Below, piece after piece: positions 56,690-64,000 of a stretch of 64,000 nt of DNA. The position numbers and the translations under genes are program-made. Location: positions 6,448,001-6,512,000 of the forward strand of contig NC_043004.1 of the NCBI RefSeq assembly GCF_006345805.1, read 5' to 3'. The DNA is from Octopus sinensis. Taxonomy: Eukaryota. The notes beneath the pieces were generated by a model. The model saw only the letters and a list, made by a program, of their open reading frames with translations, searched no databases and was not told where the DNA came from. Positions within the stretch are counted from its first letter, which is position 1. Every line of letters starts with the position of its first letter.

Positions 56690-59502
56690 GCCAGAACAAC
56701 CTGCCATCCTCTACACACCATCATAAACTGCGAGCAGGGTACAAATTGTTGTCCTTAAATGCTCGCAGTTTATGCAACAAAATACATTTGTTCAACGCCT
56801 ACGTCAGAAGTGTTGACCCTGACTTCATCACTGTCACGGAAACATGGGCGCATTCCTTACTCTGTGATGGGGTTTTCAACATTACGGGGTACAACCTCTT
56901 CCGTAAGGACCGCACTAACCGGTGGTAGTGTGATGGTCTACGTTCGTTCAAATTTTTTGGTAATTCCTTGTGCCGATTTGAACGAATCACAAGAAGTTTT
57001 TTTCTGTGACGTGCGTATGACCATGTCAACACTCCTGCTTGGTGTTGTTTATCGTCCCCCAAGTTACCATCGGGACACACAGCTTTGCAATGTCCTCCGA
57101 GCTGCTGCCAGGAAAACAGCCACTTATGTGTTTATTGCAGGCGATTTCAATCATCCTGAGATCGATTGGGAGACCTTCCATTGGCCACAGAGTGCAAACG
57201 ATTTTGTTGAGCTTGTGCTGGACTCAAACTGGTCACAAGTAGTCACCTCTCCAACAAGAGGCGACAACACCTTGGACCTGCTCTTCACCACAACTCCTGA
57301 AGCGGTTATCAATTGCACTACGGAGGAACCTCTAGGTGACTCTGATCATGCTATGATCATCGCCAATCTGGCTCTTGCGGGCAACAAAAACCTGAACCAT
57401 CTCCAATCTGCTTCCTTCGATTGGAAGAGAGCAGATTGGAACCTGTACCACACTGAACTACAGCACCCAAACTGGCGTGAATTCTACAACTCTGGAGATG
57501 TGAATACTATACTCCAGAGTATCCTGGACTCAATATGGGCAGCATGTGCAGCATCAGTGCCACGTAAACAAAAAAAGAAGAACCGCCCCAAAAGGGCAAT
57601 TTGGGAAACTTCAGCGGTCCGACTTGCCAGGAGGGAACGTCGGACTGCTGAACAGGAATACAGGTTGCATAAATCAGACACCAACAGGAAGAAGCGGAAT
57701 AAATCCTCCAACCATCTCAAGCAAGTAACAAAAAAAGCAGTGCTTGAATTTGAACAGTGCATAGCAGCCAATCCTGACAGTAAGGTTTTCTGGAAATATG
57801 TGCACTCAAAGCAGAGACCTCACTCTCCAGTGGGCCCTCTTCGCAACCCTCACACAAACCAGATCACTGACGACCCCAAGGAATGCGCAGAACTCATTGC
57901 CGAGTGCTATGCAAACATATTCACTGTTGAAAGTCAAGATGTACCATCTTCACCATCACTAACAGCAAACTCCATAACAACTATGGAATTTACACCTGCA
58001 ATGCTGCGACGTCACCTTCAAAATAAGCGCAACTATGCCTCCCCTGGTCTCGATGGAGTTACATACCTGCTTCTCAAACGTGGCAGGCACTTCCTTTTAC
58101 ACCAGCTTTCTATTTTCTTCCAGTACTGTCTCAACAATGGTGCTACTCCGGAGCAGTGGAAAACTGCCAGTGTCATTCCTCTGTTCAAAAAGGGCGACCG
58201 CACATCACCTGTCAACTATCGCCCAGTCAGTCTCACTAGCTGTATTGCAAAACTGATGGAATCGTGTGTCAGAGAAACACTCTGGAACTTCTGGAGCTCT
58301 CACAGTCTCATCCGACCCTCACAATATGGATTTGTCCCTAACTCCAGCTGCAGTGACCAGCTTGTCGAGTTCCTTGAGGACATTACTCAGATTACTGACA
58401 GTGGCTCATGGGTGGATGTTGTCTACCTTGACTTTGCTAAGGCTTTCAACTCTGTGCCACACAAAAGGCTTATGGTGAAACTCTCTGCAATGGGTGTGGG
58501 GGATGACCTTTTTAACTGGTTGAAATCCTTCATCCTCAGCCGAAAGGAGGTGTCACAGTTCTAGGACAGCACTCTACACCATATGAGATGTCATCGGGTG
58601 TACCACAGGGATCTGTCCTTGGTCCCCTCTTGTTTGTGGCATACATTAACGACATAGATGCCAATTTAAAGAATGCCACAGTATTGAAATATGCAGACGA
58701 CATCAAGCTGTACCTTGAAATCAAGAGGACAGATCCTGATGTCTACAACTCTTTCCTGCAATCAGACCTAGACACAATGCAGCAATGGATCACAGACTGG
58801 CAACTGAAACTGGCTGTGGACAAGTGTACCACCATGCATTTTGGGAGAAAAAACCCTGCGTTCACATACTCCCTCCACAACACTGATATCAAGAAATCCT
58901 CTTGCGAGCGTGACCTAGGCATCACTGTCAGCAGTGATTTGCGTTGGACAAAGCATATCTCTAAGATTGTCAGGAAGGCCGAGGGTGTCTTGGCATCACT
59001 CAGCAGGTCTTTTGTTAGCCGCTCTCCAGCCATCTATTTAAAACTGTATACAGCTATGGTACGACCACACTTGGAATTTGCATCATCAGTTTGGAACCCC
59101 TATCTTGCACAGAACATTGACCTCCTGGAATCTGTCCAGAGACGTGCAACCAAACGCATACCCTCCATCAGACACCTACCATATTCTGAGCGCCTTGTTT
59201 CCCTGGGCATGGATTCACTGAAGCTCCGGCGTCTGGCGACGGACTTGGTAAACACCCACAAGGTTATCAACCACCTCACCAACAACAACACTGAACACCT
59301 TTTTGATCTCCATGTGTCTAACACACGTGGACATGCCTACAAAGTCAGAAAACAATACAGCTCTCATGACTTTCGGAAACATTTTTTCACGCTCAGAGTT
59401 GCTGAAGCATGGAATAAACTGCCTGCGTCAGTTGTTGACTGCCATGACACTGCATCTTTTAAGGCCCTCATGCTTTCCGAAATCCGCCGAAACTACACCT
59501 GA
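56680..59502 (+). pseudogene. CR1-type ORF2 (APE endonuclease and reverse transcriptase) with two frameshifts (about 56920 and 58550)
   Basis: LNARSL, VTETW, YRPP, AGDFN, LDLLFT, SDH (EN); PLFKKGD, NYRPVSLT, YLDFAKAF, GVPQGSVLGP, YADDIK (RT). Confidence 0.9.
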
Positions 59503-59551
59503 TTATATATACACTTTAGATGAGTTGTAGTGCACCTGAGCACTGTACACA

Positions 59552-59589
<38 letters not shown>

Positions 59590-59592
<3 letters not shown>

Positions 59593-60028
59593 GGCAATGA
59601 GCTGGAAGAATGATTAGCACGCTAGACAAAATAACTGGTGGCATTCCTTCTGGCTTCATATTGTGAGTTCAGATACCGCCAAGGTTGATTTTGCCTTTCA
59701 ATCTTTCAGTGTTGATAAAATAAGTACTAGTTGAGTATGGAGGAGGGTGATGTGATCAAATTCCCCCTCCCCTCAAAAAACTGTTGGCCTTGTACCAAAA
59801 TTTGAAACCATTATTATGATAACAATAACAAGGACAGTGGATTGTCAGAATCATTAAAGGGTGGCGAGCTGGCAGAAACATTATGTTCTGAGTTCGAATT
59901 CCGCTGAGGTCAACTTTGCCTTTCATCCTTTCGCGGTCGATAAATTAAGTACCAGTTACACACTGGGGTTAATGTAATCGATTTAATCCCTTTGTTTGTC
60001 CTTATTTGTCCTCTCTGTGTTTAGCCCC
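59590..60028 (+). mobile_element. SINE family B copies (two)
   Basis: Heads at about 59592 and 59861; conserved ttgcctttcatcc block. Confidence 0.75.
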
Positions 60029-60252
60029 TAGCATGGGTTGGATGGTTCAACCGGGATCTGGAAAGCCAGGAGGCTGTGCCAAGATCAGACTGGAGCCTGG
60101 CGTAGCCTCCTGGCGTAGCCTCCTGGTGTAGCCTCCTGGCGTAGCCTCCTGGCGTAGCCTTCTGGCGTAGCCTCCTGGCTTCCCAGACCCCAGTCAAACC
60201 GTCCAACCCATGCTAGCATGGAAAACGGACGTTAAACGATGATGATGATGAT
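60029..60252. repeat. RTE 3'-end foldback containing six 13-bp cctggcgtagcct repeats
   Basis: 60029-60075 is inverted relative to 60169-60215; minisatellite at 60096-60173; (gat)n tail. Confidence 0.8.
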
Positions 60253-60489
60253 GGGCAATAAAGAAATAACAATCATTAAAGTATCTGGTCAAATGCCTTA
60301 TGGTATTTGTTCTGCTACATTCCAAGTTCAAATCCCACATGGTCAAGTTTGTCTTTCATATTTTCAGGCTGAATAACGTAAAGTACCAGTCAACTACTGG
60401 GGTTATTAGTATAGACTAATCTCTCTTCCAAATTTCAGTCCTTCTCTAAGCAAGAAACATTAATAAAGCTATTAATATTTTTATAGCTG

Positions 60490-60720
60490 TAAGGCAGTGA
60501 GCTGGCACAAACATTAGCACGCTGGGCGAAATGCATAGTGGTATTCCGTCTGTCTTTATGCTCTGAGTTCAAATTCCACCAAGGTCAACTTTGCCTTTCA
60601 TCCTTTCAGGATCAATAAATTAAGTACCAGTTGTGTACTGGGTCGATCTAATCAACTGGACCCTCCCCCAAAATTTTGTGTCTTGTGCCTAGAGTAGAAA
60701 AGAATATTTTTATAGCTGTA
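60490..60720 (+). mobile_element. SINE family B, full-length
   Basis: ggcagtgagctggcac...ttgtgcctagagtagaaaaga. Confidence 0.8.
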
Positions 60721-61899
60721 CTATAAGTACCATTTCAACACTGGAGCCAATGTAATCAACTACCCTTTCCCCCAAAATTGCTGGCCTTGTGCCAAAATTT
60801 GAAATCAATACTTTTATGGCTGTGATTACATCATTTATTGGTTCTTAGAAAATTCTGAAATGATTTGCTCTTTTCCACAAAAATCTATTTGTTTTTATAC
60901 ACTCGTAACATTTATAACAATCATCAACAAGTTTGTATTGTCAGTCTAGATTCTGAGGTAAAATACTTTATGTAAAGAATTTAAGAATATATAAGTCAAT
61001 AAACAAACTTGGTTACGTGTTCTTAAGCATATATTTATTCAGCTTTCTAAATAAAGTTGTGTTTAGTTTCAGTGAAAAGGTATTGATTTCTGGGAAACAT
61101 TTCAAGTTTAGTTAAATGTATCTAAGCTCAGAAACTGCGCCTTCTATGTCTATTTTAGTTATTTCATCAGTCTCCTCAAAGTCACTCGAGTACTTTATGT
61201 CTAAACAGTTTTTTACCCCTACAGAGGCCAGTTGTGAGAATTGGTTCAAGATGACTCAACAGAGTTTTCTCAGATTACCACCTTCATATATTCAAAAGAA
61301 AGGAATGTTATGTTTCTGATAAATCCTCTTTTATTGACATTTCTCTGTGCAGCTGCTTGTCTTTCTCAAACAGCAACCAAATCTCATCTCATGCTCTCTG
61401 ACTTTAAAAGAGGAAGGTATACATTGAATAATGTAGTCTTGGACGTACAGTGGATTGTCCCATTGACTTCAACATATGAGAATCCACCAACCAATATTAT
61501 AACTGTTGGATTACTTACACAAATTATTTGTTTTCAGTGGTGAAAGCTTATGTATGACCAACTACACATTTCGGAAATGATGATAGCAGAACATTGGTGC
61601 AAACGTTAGTCACAAGCTTGATGAACAACATATCTTAGGCTATTTGCTTGAACTCGACATCTACTTAGTTAGTTGCCTTCACCACAGCTTAGAGTCCAAC
61701 ACACCTTCACAGGTTAAATGCACACCTGGTCATCAGACCAGAAATTTAAGTCCTAATGCATGCGTATATATATATATATATATATATAAAATTAGTAATG
61801 CAATACGAGAGTATTGCTTTCCAGTAAAGAATAGCCCGTGAGGGAAAATTATACATAGAAGTACGAGTGCATTTAAAGGCTGCTTGTCACCACACTTCC

Positions 61900-62125
61900 A
61901 ACTCAACTTGTTGCTCTGATGTTTCCTGTTCTCTGGAGCAAGCATTTTTGGCTGCATCACTTTGAAGTTTTTCTGTTAACACCTGTTATCTTAAGTGAGC
62001 TTTTCTAATCGCTTGAGACTCTAACCTCTGTTGTTTCTGCTCTGGTGTTTCTTGTTCCCTCAAGCAAGCTTTCCTGGTTGTTTCAAATTGAAGTATTACT
62101 TCCTGCTGCTCTTGTGTCTCCATGG
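61900..62125 (-). mobile_element. Possible degenerate Helitron RepHel N-terminal repeat region
   Basis: METQEQQ...RKACLREQETPEQKQQRLESQAIRKAHLR*...REQETSEQ resembles R..ET.EQ...RL repeats. Confidence 0.35.
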
Positions 62126-63419
62126 CATTTTGTTGCCTCTGATATTGGAGTCTGTCCTGCCTTTCTTATTTTTTCCTAGCCCTTCAGCTTCCAGAGTGTC
62201 AGGCTTCAGATGATTGAAAAGTGTTATGCTCTCTTCTATGCATCATATTGAATGTTCTAAAAAAAAAATATCTGAAAAATCAAAAATAAATCCCGTTACA
62301 TTTAATTCATTTTATTTATTTATTTTTTTGTTTCTAAATTCATTTATGTATCTTTATTTCATCCAAGTATCAAGCTTCATATAAATCGGTCCAGTATAAC
62401 AATTATACTGTCTATAGATACCATCAAACTTTCACAAAATGAAAATACAATTTCTTCAAATCATAGCACATGTAACACGAGGAATGTTCAAATTATGATA
62501 TAGTAGAAAAGCATGGAAGACAGACATTAAAAGATGATGATGAGGTTATAAAATACTTGGAGGGCCATTGAATCTCTTGAGTTCATTCGACCTTTGCTGG
62601 ATCTTATTTTTCCTCTTGAAGGGTATCCAAAAGGCTTGGTGGTGTTAACAGTTTAGTATTTAATGGCTCAGTCTTGCAACAGGTTGCACTAAGCTACATG
62701 TTACCAGTGGCACACAAAAGCAACCTGACATACTTGGCTACATACTGCCTGCAGAAAAAAGGCATAACTGTCATGGCTGGAAGTGTTTTGATCACATGTC
62801 TGTTCAGTCAGTACTAACTAGGAGCTAAACAACAATCCTTTAACCTTGACTTGGCATTTGTTCTTTTTTAGACTGTGGCACACTTCCCCAGATTTCTCTA
62901 CTATGAGCTACCAATAAACTTTAGCAAATTCCACAATTTGCTACTACTACCTTCATATCAAACCAATCCTGAAATGCCCTTTTAAATCTGTCAGATGTGT
63001 CTCCACATTTTTCTTTTGATCGGTTAAAACTAAAGAATATCATTTTTTCTTTTTCGGTGTAGCTGTATGGTTAAGAACCTTGCTTTTCAAACCATGTAAT
63101 TTTGGGTTCAGTCCCACTGCACAGCACCTTGGGGAAGTGCCATCTATTATAGGTGATATTTGTTGACATTCCCTGTGCTTATATTTTTGAAGACAAGTGG
63201 AATAAAAATTTCCTTACTTGAAAAATAGTTAAGGGTTAACAACAGGAAGGGTATTTGACCATGAAACAATGCCTCAATGCTAGGTCTTCCTCAGACTCGT
63301 GCTGACATGTAAAAATATGTAAAATGAACCAATTAACTAAGTACAAATTGCAGAAAGGATTGTCACTTGGATGTACCATGATTTTAAAATGCTTTGATAA
63401 ATAATAAATGCACCCTTTT

Positions 63420-63620
63420 AAAGCCTAGCCAGGCTCATGGGCCCGGTTTCCCAGTTTCTATGGTGTATGTGTTCTCCAGCTGGACAGGACGCTAGTCCTT
63501 CGCAGCATTACTCATTTTTGCCAGCTGAGTGGACTGGAAATGAAGTGAAATGAAGTGTTTTGCTCAAGAACACAACACGTCACCCAGTCCAGGAATTGAA
63601 ACCACAAAGCCATGCACCTC
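63420..63620 (-). mobile_element. tRNA-derived SINE (family C variant)
   Basis: Close match to 16700-16940. Confidence 0.7.
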
Positions 63621-63694
63621 CACTATTAACTAATTAAAATAAAACAAGAACTAATAATATATTAAGGCTTATTTTAATTACTTTCTTTTACCTA

Positions 63695-64000
63695 CATTTA
63701 CTTGTTTCAGTTGTTGGACCATGACCATGCTGGAGCACTGCCTTCAAGAGTTTAATCGAACAAATTGACCCTTGTACTTGTTTTTCATAAGTCCAGTACT
63801 TCTATTATTGGTCTCTTTTGCCAAACCACTTAGATGTGGGGATGTAAACAAACAAGTACCAGTTGTCAATTAGTATTGGGAGACAAACACACACACACAT
63901 TCACACACGTATATATGACAACCCTCCACATAGTTTCCAAGTACCAAATTCACTCACAAGACATTGGTCAAACCAGGGCTTATAGCAAAAGACATTTGCC
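63695..64000 (-). mobile_element. SINE family A, running off the window end
   Basis: tacttgtttcag...catgctggagcactgcc...caaattcactcacaag. Confidence 0.7.

Larger units (their letters stand above)
55128..59591 (+). mobile_element. Near full-length CR1-type LINE (5'UTR, ORF1, ORF2, short 3'UTR, (ATT)n tail)
   Basis: GC-rich relative to the background. ORF1 with a PHD-like finger; ORF2 with APE and RT; C-terminal LESVQRRATK and RKHFFTLRV..AWN.LP typical of CR1; (att)n at 59552-59591. 5' boundary uncertain. Confidence 0.9.

Noticed and set aside
60096-60178. Regular short repeats as a CRISPR-like array (also the RTE 3'UTR modules)
   Set aside because: No unique spacers of uniform length, eukaryotic context and no cas genes.
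61116-61543. Short ORFs near 61 kb as host exons
   Set aside because: No family motif, no convincing splice sites, and stops in neighbouring frames.

Overview
Repeat-dominated eukaryotic genomic DNA, most likely cephalopod (Octopus-like). That assignment is an inference from AT-richness, CA/TA/GAT/ATT microsatellites and SINE/RTE families I recall from octopus sequence. The only host coding sequence I can support is two paralogous clarin-like first coding exons on the + strand (5134-5371 and 28981-29209; about 40% aa identity, both ending in a phase-1 GT donor). I found no downstream clarin exons. The rest is mobile DNA: many tRNA-derived SINEs, RTE-clade LINE copies (one 3.2 kb), a near-complete CR1-type LINE (about 55.1-59.6 kb), R4/Dong fragments in (TAA)n, several Tc1/mariner elements, Helitron-type non-autonomous elements and a MITE hairpin. 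The top findings follow. (1) A small, highly structured hammerhead-ribozyme (HHR) element family has two diverged members (about 17.2-17.7 kb and 53.9-54.3 kb), with U3-A8 versus C3-G8 core covariation and 365/326-nt units; this is a candidate retrozyme/circRNA or Penelope-type pLTR system. (2) A canonical G_GGA_AAC slippery heptamer sits at the CR1 ORF1 stop, with an AUG-less ORF2 open in the -1 frame. (3) A tRNA-headed element carries a hammerhead. (4) The two clarin first exons may be alternative first exons of one locus. All structure and alignment calls were made by eye, and repeat boundaries are approximate unless a TIR or TSD is quoted.
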